Below the pieces are notes generated by a model. The model was not told the origin of the DNA and did no database searches. It worked only from the letters and a program-made list of their open reading frames with translations. Made by a program: the position numbers and the translations under genes. A DNA stretch of 64,000 nucleotides from Bugula neritina (taxonomy: Eukaryota > Animalia > Bryozoa): contig OZ037771.1 of NCBI GenBank assembly GCA_964035545.1, forward strand, positions 5,241,190 through 5,305,189, read 5' to 3'. Positions within the stretch are counted from its first letter, which is position 1, and every line of letters begins with the position of its first letter. Below, piece by piece: positions 1 to 24,600 of this stretch.

Positions 1-21
1 AAATGTGCGCCAAATGATTAC

Positions 22-10521
<10,500 letters not shown>

Positions 10522-11941
10522 TTCTAAATAAAGCTACCAAAGATTAGAATGTAACATTTCATAATGCTCTCTGCATCTGAACACTTTTTGTCCTCAAGTT
10601 AATTTACAATTTTCTGTATTGGTTATCCCAGCTACCAGAACCAGACGTAAATAGTATCAAAGAGAACTTATTTGAAATCTAGCCAGAATTAGAGAAATCA
10701 ACTTGAGCTCATGTGGATTGTAAATATACTTTTGCTAAAATTTGAAACTACATAGAATAGTGCATACCATTCTCAGATATAACTGTTTTAATTTACAGTA
10801 ATAATAAGCAAACATGGTGTTTAACAAACTTTGAGATTAATTTCAGGAATGGTAAATACTATTTTAGTATTGAACACTGTATATTTGGTCTTCACTAATA
10901 TTTGAATTAGTATTTTCTCTCAAAATCGGTATACAGGGGTTTTTCACTCATGGTGAAAAGCAAAATACAATAATTTGAGATTTTTAGATTTCATTGACAA
11001 ATAAAATAATTAAAAATCTTCCTCATTTCTATAGTTATTTATACACATGTGCAAGTTTATTATTGACCAACTAATTAAAAATAAGGGGCAGAACTTATTC
11101 AAACTACAGCTGCAAAACAATACAATATTTGCTTATATAGTAACAAACCCAGGGTCAGCAAAAGCTCTTTATATATGATAAAAGGCATAGTTTGATTTTA
11201 TTATTTATTAAAGGTTCTGTAATATGAATATATAAATTAAAATATGCAGTGTTTCTTCCAAGTAATAATTGACAGCAGTATTTTGATTGCTAACAGCACT
11301 TTGCCTACAGAATAAACTTAGCGGGCAATGAGCATGGCTTTTAAAATGATGGCTATTTTTAGAATAATCATCAAAAACATTTCTGTGATTAGTTACTGGT
11401 ATGTACGTGTTGCCCCTCATTCTGAACAGATAGGAATAATAGTTATAACCACTTGTTAATATGCAGCAGCTATACTAACTAACAGCACAGTATATTTTAA
11501 GTATGCTCACTCTTAGTTGGTTGAGAAAACTTTTTTCTCTTCTTTGTCAGAATTGTTTCTAATCAGTTACCTATGGGTATAGGCTGTGGTAATCCACCTA
11601 AACTCATTATCTATAAAACATGAACACAAATTATACTGCACACAGCAATACAAATTTATGTTTTTCCTACGTAGATATTGCTTCTTCTTTTAATTTTCGA
11701 CAGAAATGCTAAATTTTCATAGCTATCAAAACCTGTAAATAATACTTAGTAATTCAGCTATAAATAGCATAAAACTTTGTATAAAAGAATTGGTTAGCAG
11801 TTTATAGACTGCTTCTATAACTGTTTTTTTTTTAGAATAAAATCTGCTTCAACATATAAACATTTACGACGAAAACTTGTATTCCAAGTACAAGAGAACG
11901 ATTTTTTGTAGACCGTCTATCATGTATTGAGAGTAAACATG

Positions 11942-12495
11942 TGTAGTAGTTTGTGGATTATAGAATGAAATCAGGCAGAGAACATAACTCCTTGTTATAG
12001 AAGAGACAAGAGAGAGAGTAGAATCCGTGCGTGTGCAGTACTTTATTGTAGCATAGATACGTCCAGTGTGAGCTCCAGTCCTAAAGTGACTGAAACTCGA
12101 AAATGCAGGTTCTTTCATACTAGTAGAACAAAGGACTTATAGAACTTTCCACCGACAGGGGGCCCGACAATCGGCAGGAAAAAGCGACATCCGTCATGTC
12201 GGTAACCGACACTGACCATGTCGGTAACCGACAGACCCAATGTTGGCATCCACCTACTGAACTCGGTCCAACTGTCGGTTTACATGAATCAACAAAAATG
12301 AACCCAACCAAGTGTATGCGTATTGTAACTTGTAATTGGGGGAAAGAGGATTAACTATTTACTATGCTAAAAGCTTAACAATAGCCATAGTATTTAAGGT
12401 ATTAGAAAGTTATACAGACTTAGCTATAACTACAGTATTTAGAAAATTAGCCACAAGTAATGTGTCAAGGGGGATAACTCTTAATATTTACCACA
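11942..12495 (-). mobile_element. solo LTR (family S), 554 bp
   Basis: TG...CA termini (tgtagta / taccaca), 4-bp TSD CATG at 11938-11941 and 12496-12499, end-to-end similarity to 36547-37102, minus-strand AATAAA at 12047-12042. Confidence 0.88.
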
Positions 12496-14177
12496 CATGT
12501 ATACATCATAAACACAAAAATTATGAAAAGCTTTAAACTCCAGATTTTTACCCGAAATTTTTTTTCATGTGCTGGAGTTACTCTACCCTGCTATGTGGTG
12601 TCAACATTGAAACCCTATTATTAGAGGTAAAGTTTGAATCACATTTGACCTACATTACAATCATACCAATTGTGTAGAAACTGAATAAAACATTAAATTC
12701 AAGTCTTCAAAACACACCAAATCTGTTAACAGCAAATACAGACAATGTACATCTGAAAATGAGTGTTAACGTTTACGTACTTCTTCAATGCAAATTATTT
12801 ATTTGTGATAATTTTTAACTATCTTTTATTGTTATACAATATACAACACTCCATTATCAGCAACGTTTTCAAGTCTTATCTGAATTTTAAACTTACCTTT
12901 TTTTGTCAAAAATCTCAGTTTCCTATTGCTTGATAAGTATAGGATATCAGTGCAACTATTTCAATGTTCTTGAAAGGTTGCACAAGATTAAATTATGGTA
13001 GTCTTAAATCTGCAGCATGCAACTGTCTATACTGTATTCTCTACCTGCGCAGCTGGTGGAGCTTACAGAGATAGACTACCTGTACCCAAACTGCAGTCTA
13101 GGTGATGTTGAAGAGAAGCAGTACAATATAACTGAACTAGAAGTTACAGTCTATGTCTTACCTGCACCTATCATACACATTTATGCTGGCTGTATATTAT
13201 TCATCCCTGTGTGTGATAAGAATTGGTTATAAATCTTGATTGTTATTCCGATTGTATGCACCCATTAGTTACCTTATGGTGGTGCTACTTTAATATCATG
13301 TACACAGCTATCATTCATACACAGAATTGTTGTTACAAAAAACAAAAAATTGTCACATAAAAGAAACTATTTCTCACATAAATATAGAATAAACCAAACA
13401 GTGGCTTTCCATAGCACATTCTACACAAATTATAACTTCTACTGGTGAAAAGAAGATTGCAATTTTACTGAAAAAATTCAGACAATATTTCTATGAAATT
13501 ATTTCTAGTAGTGTTTTGCTGTAAAGATACCTTATAATTTGTTATATTGTAAAATGTTTTCTGAATAAGAAGTTACCATGTGCAGCAAAATATACCAAAT
13601 GTATATTGCATACATTGTATGTTATATGTGAAAAGTATAAAGCCCGATACTGCACAGCACCTGCTGTATAGTTTGTTTCATCATAGTTTATAATATATAT
13701 ACATATATTAAATTACAGCATGCTTACTATAGAAAATTAAAAATTGTTATGATAAGTTTATATGCCCAAAATGCAGGCCTTACACACCCCATTACACAAT
13801 TATCTACCATCAGTGCTCAACAATTACACCTCCAACTGCAAATTAAAGTTATAGATGTCAAATGTATTACTTATAAATAATTTAATTAGTATAAGTATAT
13901 AAATTGTCCTTGATCATTGAGTTCAATTGGGCCCTAAATTATAAACTCTAGTTAGAATGTTGATGAATATTATCGTTAGCAAAATAAAAACTAACAAACT
14001 ATGATATAATAAATCATGATTTTGGTTCATGTCCTATTATTATGAGACTCCATTTTACATTTTACATTCATGAGCAATAGTTGTGCAGTTCTATTGAATG
14101 CAAAAATATTGACATTTATTTATTAACAATTATAAACATAATCAATAGGACAACATAAATAATATAAGCAACTATAC

Positions 14178-14516
14178 CAAGGCTGCCCAACAGGCGGTCC
14201 CAGGGCCAAATGTGGCCGCCAGCCTACATTTATGTGGCCCTTAAAGACATAACGCATAAATTTATTTTTCACACTGTATATAAATTACAATGGAAAACCA
14301 CCTTTTAAATGTCCTATTTATACACATGTTACAAAACATGCAGCCCGTAGTAACTATTTGAACTCTGTTGTGTAATTATTCCTAATAATTTAGAATCAAG
14401 TAATTTGAAAATACAGATGCCGTGGCCCCAGCCCCATCTAAAGCTTATAATGTGGCCCTTACCACCAGAATGTTTCCTTTTAGTGACCCTCACTCTGAAA
14501 AGGTTGAACACCCTTG
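14178..14516. mobile_element. hAT-type non-autonomous element (family H1), decayed copy
   Basis: TIRs caaggctgcccaac / gttgaacacccttg; colinear with 18671-19034; TSD not cleanly recognisable. Confidence 0.8.
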
Positions 14517-15183
14517 ATTACTAGACAAATACAATGATTAGAGCCTATATAGCATGCAGGTATAATGTTTGAAATGTTCAGTAAAATATCTTTGCTGTTA
14601 AAACAAGTTTGCTTTTTCTTCATGGCTACTTTTAGAGAGAAAGAAACAAAAAAAATGAAACCTCTATATATGTATTTCGATTCCTTAATTTTCCATGACC
14701 AAAGCTGCTACCAGCATGTTGTCTGTATAGGTTGTGCAAAAACTCTGACATTCCAACTCATAATACTCATTGCATGAAAGTCTCTTAAAGTTGTTGCATT
14801 AAATATAAGGGCCGGGGAAATCATGTAGTCACTGGCTATCAGGACATAACCCAGCAACTAGAAGCTGCTATACAGCTATAGGCTCCCAAATACTGACCAG
14901 TTACTAATTTTACTGCAAGTTTTACTTAATTGCATATTGAGATATCATATATTATGGCTCCTTTCAGTACTGAAAACTATACTTTTTGAAAGTTATAAGT
15001 AAGAGGCTGACCTATTAGGCTGGTATTACAATAAGAATTGCCGCTTCAGTTTCAAAATCATAACTGCTTTGCAATGTAATAAATACAAAGTGTTATGCCG
15101 CACAGTTTCAGAGTCAACTTGAACAATATAAACATGGAGTGAGTTTACAAAACTCTGGACAAATACATGGGTAAACTAATGTA

Positions 15184-15400
15184 GGCCTGACTAGGGAATA
15201 GTAGCCTGACTGGTAACAATATGGCCTGGCCAGTAGCACAGTGGCCTGAGTAATGACATAGTAGTTTTACTTAGGGTATAGTGGTCTGACTGGTGTTTTA
15301 GTAGTCTAACTAATAGTGTAGTGGCCTCACTAGTGGCATAGTGGCCTGAGTAATGGCATAGTGGTCTTACTGAAGGTTTAGTGGCATGGCTGATAGTACA
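15184..15400. repeat. degenerate ~20-bp minisatellite
   Basis: gtggcctgactagtggcata-like units, about 10 copies. Confidence 0.75.
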
Positions 15401-17262
15401 GCAGTTTGGCTTAAAAATGCACAAGCAGAATTCTTTTTAAAATTTTTATAAAGTAATGCAAAACTTTGGATTTTTTTATTTTAGCTGTTCAAATAGTCAA
15501 CATTGTTTACAAAACCCAGTTGCTATTACCATGAATATTGATCATATTGGTAAAAAAAATAAAATAGAAATAAACTATAAAACAGGGCTTTGTTTGAAAA
15601 TGCTATTCATTGTGAATTTGCCCATTGCATAGCATAATTAGTCAAGTACTTATGTTTTAAAAATGTTTTACAAATCAAATACGTAGAAGTACGATAATTA
15701 CGTAGTAAAAATGAGCTAAAGAAAGTTATTCAACAATGCTGAATTAAATAAACAAACTTGAGAACTAAATATTAAGATGATCTGCTAACTTTTGTTTCGA
15801 ATTGTAACATTCTAAAGTGAAGTATTCATGAATAGAAGTAAACTACATTACAAGTATTGAAGTGAGAACAACTCCCCAATTCTAACAAAAATTCCACATA
15901 ATTTATAACAAAGGCAATGCATTCTCCATATTCAATTTGCATAATGTATGACATAATTTTTAAAAAATAACAGCATAGTTTTTGGCAACATAAATTTTGC
16001 ACACTGCAGTTTTATATGAAGTTTCACTTGGAGGAAAGTTTTATCCTTTTATGTTGGTGAAATGATTGTTTTGAAATAGAAGTCTGGATAAAGTGTCCGG
16101 TAATTCAATGAACACCAAACTCATTCTGTTTAAAATGTTTTATCACTTTTAAAATATATTGTGAAATTTATTACAGAGTGCACACAAAAAATTCCAACAC
16201 ATTTTCACTAAAATTTTGGCTCAAAAAATGCTGAAAAGGATGGTGTAGCATTGGATTGCCATATCTAATTTGCATTTATCTTGCACTAACGAAAAAATTC
16301 AACAGTCCAAATTTTTGTACGTTTGAAGCACTGATTGAAATTTTTATGAAAATGTGACTAATTTGCTATGTTTCTCATTTAAAACACATGATTTTCTCAA
16401 TTTATCCATTACTGAACCAAACCTGTTTATAATTTATGATATAGCAGTTCAAGCGTTATATTTATTGGCTTACAAACTGCTGAATAAACATTCAACTGTT
16501 TTACATAATTTAAGAAACAACATTTGATAAGTATTAATGGGATCACACAAGAGCTTCTTGTGAAAACTGAAGTTTGAATTTCCAAGCAAAAATTTAGCAG
16601 CGCAACGCGTACACTATTGAAAGGCACTTGCAACTTGAACATTTTATGTATTGCATACTGTTATATCTTACTTGAATAATGATAGTTATATTATCATTGT
16701 ATGAAAAGAAAACGTCAGTCTAATTTTTAGCTTTTAATATTTTGCTGTTAACTTTAGACATTCGAGCTGTGATGTTTGAAACTTTATAAAGAAAACAGAA
16801 ATTATGAGATAAAACTTGAAAGACGTACTTACCTAATTATACATATGAAAGGCGTTCATTTTGTCAAGCACATCGGTAGACCATCAACTGAACTGCTAAC
16901 TGATTACTTCTAACAGCTCCACTGCTTATAGAGCTGACCCTCCGAGGAATAAAGAAAACTGAATGACTGGCCAGAACCATTAATGCCATTATCTGCAACC
17001 ACTATACCTACCAGAACTGATATCTGCAACCACCACCTACCAGAACTGATAGAGAGTTCTCGTAGATTAGATGAGTTTATAATTACTAAACAACTTGTTT
17101 CTCTCACTGCACGTTATGTAAGCGTTTGACTCAATCAATTTGGATTTAGACTGTAGCTTGTGCATAAGTTTTTGTTGCAATTGAAAAAAAACATTTTTAG
17201 CTACCATTCTGTATGATGACTTTATTCCCTTAAACATATTATTAGGTACAAATATTCTGAGA

Positions 17263-17570
<308 letters not shown>

Positions 17571-18224
17571 ATATATTAACATACTATTGATAGCAGTGAA
17601 TAATACTTGTTTACAATTTCAAATAAAAATAAACAACTTATCATTGTGCCACACAAGCAAACAAACCAGTGTTATGTAAGACATTTAATTGATGAACTAT
17701 AGAATAATGTTTTGCTAGACATTACAGTGATAATGATTTGGTTATGAAGAGTACATTCAGTTTATAGCTGGCCTGGCTCATCTCAGAAACCAAAAGAGAT
17801 TTTCTGGCCTATCTAATTGCAGCAAGTATACTTGACATTGAGGCTAAGATTCTGGCAGTAGCCTGTAATTTCCTCTACGATGACATACAGAGCAAGCTGA
17901 CTCTCTTTTCATCAACTATCAAAGAAAAATAACATATTTTAAACATACTAGTCCATAGTTACTAGGAAAAAACAAGTGCATGAAAAGTGTGTGAGTGTAT
18001 ATAAAGAAGATTCAAGAATAAAAGTCTTTGTTTAAAATTAGTATTAGCAATAGTAAAGTTGTTCTTTTTCTAATTCTTAATTAGTAAAGTTCAATGTCCA
18101 CATCTTGATTTTATCATACTCATTATTTACTTTTAAAATTGAGTTTAAAAAATAGAGAAAACAAGTGGTGAATAGTGATACACATGTAGAGGGAGCAGAA
18201 GAGTTTTATAAAGTACTGAGTGGG

Positions 18225-18325
18225 ATGCAGTGTTCGGTCTACTCAGTGGCCCCTGTGGTGTAATGATTAGCGTCCCTGCTTGCAACCCCAGGTCTCGGTT
18301 CGAATGCCAGTGGAGGCAAGAGTTT
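18225..18325 (+). mobile_element. tRNA-derived repeat (family T1)
   Basis: gcccctgtggtgtaatgattagcgtccctgcttgcaa...ggttcgaatgccagtggaggca. Confidence 0.7.
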
Positions 18326-18420
18326 TATAACAGATTGAAAGCATTATTGTAGAAAGCCTAACAATTTTAATCAAATTGGCTTCAACTTTTTTTGCTAATT
18401 TATGTGTCAAGCACCTATAT

Positions 18421-18654
18421 CAGGAGTGGGCAACTTTTTTTGCATGAGGGCCAATTTTAGAAGTCAGCTAAAATGAAGGGCAACATGATTGTACACATAT
18501 TAAACATTATTGTAATAAGGTAATTTGTCACCAAACCTATGCTGTGCTAATCAGAATACATATAACCGCTTTTACTTATCTTAAGCATTATAAGGGTCTC
18601 TAAAATGTGCGACAGGCCAAAGGTGGCCCTGGTGCCCCCAGTTGCTCACCCCTG
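18421..18654. mobile_element. hAT-type MITE (family H2)
   Basis: TIRs caggagtgggcaac / gttgctcacccctg; 8-bp TSD acctatat / acctatag (7 of 8 match). Confidence 0.8.
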
Positions 18655-18670
18655 ACCTATAGTCCTATAC

Positions 18671-19034
18671 CAGGGCTGTCCAACAGGCGGCCCCAGAGGT
18701 GGATGTGGTCCCCAGCCTGCGTTTATGTGGTCCCCAAAAACATGACACATAAAGATTTTTTCACTGCAAATGAATTAAAGTGGCTAATCACCTTTTAAAT
18801 GCCTCATTTATACACATGCTACAAAACAAGCAGCCTGTAGTATCTATTTCAATTTGGACTATAAGTATTATGTAACACTTCATAAGAATTTGGAATAAAG
18901 TAATTCGAAAAATGCTGATGCTGTGGCCGCCAGCACAAGCTAAAGTTCACAATGTGGCTCTCGCCATGGAATATTCCCTTTCAGTGCCCCCCCCCCCCAC
19001 CTCCCCACTGCTCTGAAAAGGTTGGACACCCCTG
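18671..19034. mobile_element. hAT-type MITE (family H1)
   Basis: TIRs cagggctgtccaac / gttggacacccctg; perfect 8-bp TSD TCCTATAC at 18663-18670 and 19035-19042. Confidence 0.88.
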
Positions 19035-20312
19035 TCCTATACGGCTATACCGGGAAACTTCAAGTAATGTATTTAGCGGCCTCCTAGCAACTGCCGCCAC
19101 TGAGCTCTGAAGTCAATATTCACGACTAACGCTAATAGATATCGCTAGAAGCAGCACCGAATTGGAATTTACCAAGTGCAGTTTTGGTACCCGTGTTGTT
19201 GCCTGACGTTCCAACTCGTGAAACGTGCACGTCATCACCTCCAACTTGGCACTGCTTTAGCTAACTGTGCAGCTTTCAAAAGCGAGTCCATTTTACCATT
19301 TTCCTTCATTGGCATATGAATTTTTATAATAGTTACAAATCAAATTTATAGTATTTTTATAGATTAAATTGAATTTAATGCTTATAATAACCCATGTTAT
19401 TTTTAAAATAAAGTAATTGCTATTGATTGTGAATAATATAGGATTGTTCTTTATATAAAAGTGATTTCAATCAATATTTCATCAAGTTTATTATAATTTA
19501 ATAATAAAATAAATTAAAATTAAATATAGTTATAATAAAGTTATATACTCATTCACTTTCAGTTTCACTAATGTCTAATCTTTCCAACACAACATTAATA
19601 ATAATATTAATACTAATTTTTTATTAATAAAAAATGTAATATTTATACTATTATTATAAATTAAATTTATAGTAAAATTGAATAACTATTATTTTTAATG
19701 GTAATATATATATCATTATGATTATGACATTTGAAATTGATGTTATTTATTGCATTTTTCTTTTATGGAGGTACGAGTCATTAGTAGTTAGTGTTACTAG
19801 TTAGTGTTAGAGTTGTAGTTAAGCTCAATGTTATACTTAATATTTATGCCAATGGCCTCAGTAATATGAGTCTCCCTCTCATTAGATTAGTCACAGTGAT
19901 TAGTCTAATACTTATAGTTATACTAGTAGTAGCAGTAGCAGTAGTAGTAGTAAAAGTATCAGTCGTGCTGCCATAAACTTAAAGCTAAAGTGCAAACTGC
20001 AATGTGCATGTTTATTATTAAAACAATGTTGTTTTATTTATAGCATATGTAAATAACTAGAATTATAAATTACAATGTTTATAGGTATGATTATGATATA
20101 CTTACACAGTTACAGGAAGTTGTTGATTACACAAGTGTAGCTTGACTGATTATTAGAACATTTTCTTACTGTTCTTGCTATTAAAATAAACTTAAAGAGT
20201 GTTATAACTTATACAGTGTCAACTAGGAAACATTTTCAGATATTGGACAGAATCTAAATTCCTTTGCCCTGAAATAGCAACGAGTCTGAAATCTGGGGAT
20301 CTACAAAACAAG

Positions 20313-21415
20313 ATGGAATGTTGCGTCTGCCATGCCACCCCTCCACAAATTAAGCGCTGTTCTGGGTGCCACATTTCATTGTATTGGTGTGTACAGTTTA
20401 AACAATTTGTTGACAGCCATCCAACTAATTTGGCATTAAGTTTGGTGTAAACTTTCATTTTTATAGCATTAGTATATTTTCTGTGCGACTAGTTTTCACC
20501 TGTAAATTAAGACAGTTGTACCAAACTACAAAATAAAGTTCCAAGCTAAAGTAAAATTTGCAGCTCAGCACGTGGAAGAAATAGGGCTAGATTGTCCAGA
20601 ACGAGAAAATTTACAAGTGTTTTTAATGAAAATTACAATAGCTAATACTAGAACTAGATAGTGAGAGTATATAAAATAGTTATAAATTGAACAATAAAAA
20701 AATTGAACCAAGTATTCCTATATTAAAAGCTTAAGTTAATAATTAACATGATTATTAGTCCGGTTGGTCTGTAGCTTTCTAAACTAATATATTCAGATAA
20801 AATTGCAAGAGAATTCACTTTTTTGCATAGTTGGGTTGATGCTTACTCTATTAGAGAGAATTTTAATGGAAGCTATCGTTGTGTGTTTGCAGTTCTACAT
20901 TATGTCAAAGAAGAGATTGGGCAACACATAGACACTCATGCATTGATGCGATATCAAATACCACAGACATTAGCAAGCTAACTTCCAAACATAAGATCAA
21001 ATATTATGACCAGGACGGAACAGTGAGGGAAGAGCCTTCAGATACAAACATTGAGGACGGAGATACAAACGTCAATCTCAGTTACAGAGGCAAACGAGCT
21101 GTTATGAAGATCAGCAAAAAGTGGGAGGGCCAAGTGATAATGAAAGTCATCTCCTGGAATGCTAAAGTGGCCATAACTGATATGAAAGTTATTATAAAAG
21201 GGAAAGTAATGACTGCAGACACCATTGCTGGTTATATATATCCAAAGACTGTCATAATGGTAATTGGAGAGGAAGCATTATTTTCTGAAGGGATAGAGGA
21301 GAGAGATATTGTTTGCTTGATGAATCAAATGGACATTAGTCGTAGGCAAGCTATACAGAGTTTGAAAAACTCAACATCTTTAATTGACACAATACTAGAA
21401 ATTGGAAACAGCTGA
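20313..21415 (+). CDS. MYND zinc finger + ubiquitin-like + C-terminal UBA-like protein, two coding exons (20313-20386, 20893-21415), ~198 aa
   Basis: Splicing gt 20387..ag 20892 (phase 2) restores MECCVCHATPPQIKRCSGCHISLYC|STLCQRRDWATHRHSC, a complete MYND pattern. Then VNLSYRGKR...MKVIIKGKVM (UBL-like) and IEERDIVCLMNQMDISRRQAIQSLK...LIDTILE (NAC-alpha/HYPK-type UBA-like). The frame is open back to an acceptor at 20239, so the true start could be upstream. Confidence 0.8.
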
Positions 21416-21677
21416 TGCCTACTTTAACATTAGCAAGCAAGAAATTTTCAAAGTTGTACAGCACCACTATATTTTAAACATTCATTAAAAGTACCAGATT
21501 CTAAGTCATATGCATAATTTGTACATGGCAAAACTAAATGAAATTAGTGGTACAGAGAAATAATGTACAGACAAGCAGATACATACTACATAATATAGTG
21601 TATGGGTGAAATGTCAGAACTTGTGAACATGAAAGCTATGGCTATAGGATAATGCTTATCCTTTAAGTTAGTGTAGC

Positions 21678-24600
21678 TTATTTGATATTTTGCCCCTTTT
21701 TCTTTTTCAATTCTACTAAAAAGTTCTCCATTTCTTTTAGCTTTTGATCTTGCTCTATTCTCTTTTTAGCAGTGTTCTCGGTCGACTTTTTATCAAAATC
21801 TTTCTCTGACATATTAGCTGAGGTATTCTTTTTCTCATGTCTTTGCTCTAGCTTCTTTTTGACATTTTGCAATTCTTCCTACAGAATAAAGTTTTTTAAA
21901 ACATAGAACGAATTTAATATTCTTGATAATGAACAAGACACTATTTGAAAATAATAAGTACAACGCAAAATAATAAGCATTTTAACTTTCGTGAATACAT
22001 AGACACTTTTCCCACAAACTAAAAGGTCTAACTCTGAATACGCCCAACAAACCTGCCGTTTTTCTTCATCTTTGGTTCCTCTTTTTATGTGACTCACTGC
22101 GATACTCAATGAAGTTTGGAAGACCTTCTTCGTTTCTGAATAACAGAAATTTATAGCAAAATAACAAACTCAACATGAACACAAAACCAATGATTATGAA
22201 TGTACACAGTAAAAAGGTTTCATTTCAGAACAGCGAAATTTATTAGTGCATTTACTAGAATTTTCATCAAACTCAAGTTGTCAGTTACACACTAAACAGG
22301 TATTATATGATAGGCCGTAAAACATTAACTAGCAGAAAGTTCTCGCACCTAAATCTCTTCTGTTGCCAAACTCATTATTAAACCACTAAAATATTTATCA
22401 ACAAATTCACGATGGCAGAATACAACATTAATTTGATACCAGTTTTTACAGCAAAATTCTGGGACTGCTTGCAGTACTCTTTTGTTCAAAGATTTATCTT
22501 CCCGATGCATATAAAATATTCAATCTCTTGCTTTGAATCGACTAAAGAAAATTTATAGTGCGTGATCTACTTTTAATTTACTATATTATATCCAAAAGCC
22601 ATAAAACTTTAATAATGAGTCCCAACACTTGGATTAAAAAATATATATTCTGACATGAGCTTGCTACTCTCATAAGTTGTGTGGCATATACTAGAGCAAC
22701 TGGACAACTATGGTTACATGCAATAGAAATTTAGGTAATCAATTCAAAACCTAATGAGTTACAAGCTGTTTTAGCAATTGATATTTTTTCCTTCTACCAA
22801 AATAACCAAATATGCAGACTTTGATCAAATCATTAATTTAACTTTATGAAAACATATGTAAAAAAAATCTTTTTGCATCCTGAAAATAGTTTTGGAACCT
22901 CAACTGGCGGAGGAACACAAGTGGAAATGCATCAACATGGAACAATTGTACAGAACTAAATTGCATGCAACAACAAAAAAATTGCATGCAACAACAAAAA
23001 AACTGCATCAACTTCCTATTTGTGTTGAAACATACTTGGCTTCTTAGAACACAGCTTTGGTCCTATCTGTTTTTTCTTTATACCTAATTAAATCATAACG
23101 GAGTATGTAAATTCTTTAGTCTTAAAGAGACAATTTCTAGCCAAGAAATCATACCCAACAATATTTTATTTTGGATTATCCTTTCTTAATTCAGATTAAT
23201 TGTTCATTAGTCAGAGCTAGTTTATAGCTCAAAGGCTTAGTAAAACTTAATGTATTTTTACACGCCATACATTTCTTTTGTTTAAAAAACAATGCTAGCA
23301 ACTTAGTTTAAGAACTTCAAAGCAGGGGAGACATGACTTTGACTGACTGGCCTTCCTAACATCACAGATGACCCTTAGGAGACGTAAACCATCGGCATGT
23401 TTTGAGTTTATATAAAACTACCGAATTGTCAATCAAGTAGGAATCTGAGACAGTTTTAAATAATGCCTATGTTCAGCAGGAAAAACCAAATAGGGTTGGC
23501 ATAGTTAATCACAGTTGATGCACCACGAAACTCAAAACTTCGTTGTACTAACGAAATCAAAAACTCAGCTTCAAATTAGTTTAGAGCTTATTAGACTTGA
23601 AATTTTGGATATAGCATCAGTTATTAAGCATATTAAGCCAATAATCTTGTACAATATAATATAGAATTGTGTGCAATGCATCGTATCTGTAATGACTTGG
23701 TCATGTAAAATTTCACAATTGAACATTTGATAAATAAGCTATATACTATTTCAGCTACATAATCTGCCAGAAAGAAAATAATATCTGGATATTGAGGTTT
23801 GAACCCTTGTAGCATCAACCCCCTACTTGACCACGCCAACCCCTCCCTCAACTACCAAAAAAATGAAAGTTCACTCTACACTGCATAATAATTACCTGTA
23901 GAAGTGGTAGGGTCAATTTGTTTATTTTGTGCATTTTTTGCCTCATCGACTTTAGCTGGGGTAGTTTTCAACATTGAGGAGCTATTCTAAAAACGATCGC
24001 AAACATTTCGTTTAAAATTTAGTTATTGCTAAGCAAATGCTGCAATGCAATAATCAAATTGATAACAATCATTATACTATAAAATTAAACTGTAAACATT
24101 TAACATACTAACCTTTGTCTTTGATTTGTTTTTCGACTTGGCATGCTTCTTCCGCTTTTTAGAGCTACGTTTATGTTTAGAACTGGATTTAGAACTGCTT
24201 TTGCTAGAACTGTTACCAGTAGTTTTAGATTTCGAAGAGTAATTGTCTAGCTTTGAGCTCGAATTTTGTGACTTAGAACGCCTTGAGTTGGATAGAGAGT
24301 TATCACTGTTGGCAGAGCTTGACCTAGATCTGAAACGACTTGACCTAGATCTAGAATATTTTGACTTAGATCTAGAATCTCTGGACCTGGACCTAGAATA
24401 CCTTGACCTAGATCTGGAATCCCTCAATTTTCGCCCACGAGAATGTTTAGACTGACTTGACAGTGATCTACGAGATCTCGATGTAAAAGAATTTGAACTC
24501 AACGAGCGTGATCGAGAGGGCTTCAATACTGTTCTATACCGAGGAGATTTCTTTTCTGAACTTGAAGGACTCCGAGAACGTTGCTCTGGCTTACAGATTA

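Noticed and set aside
15184-15400. CRISPR-like array (also 50994-51115 and 57061-57340)
   Set aside because: Head-to-tail tandem units without unique spacers, no cas genes, eukaryotic context
15580-16400. Possible old DNA transposon remnant
   Set aside because: No TIR, TSD or clear second copy could be confirmed by eye
20879-21415. Single-exon gene starting at TTG 20879
   Set aside because: The start overlaps a splice acceptor (ag 20892); an upstream exon completes the MYND domain
24243-24455. Plus-strand LDLDLE-repeat ORF
   Set aside because: Antisense shadow of the TTC14 RS-rich exon
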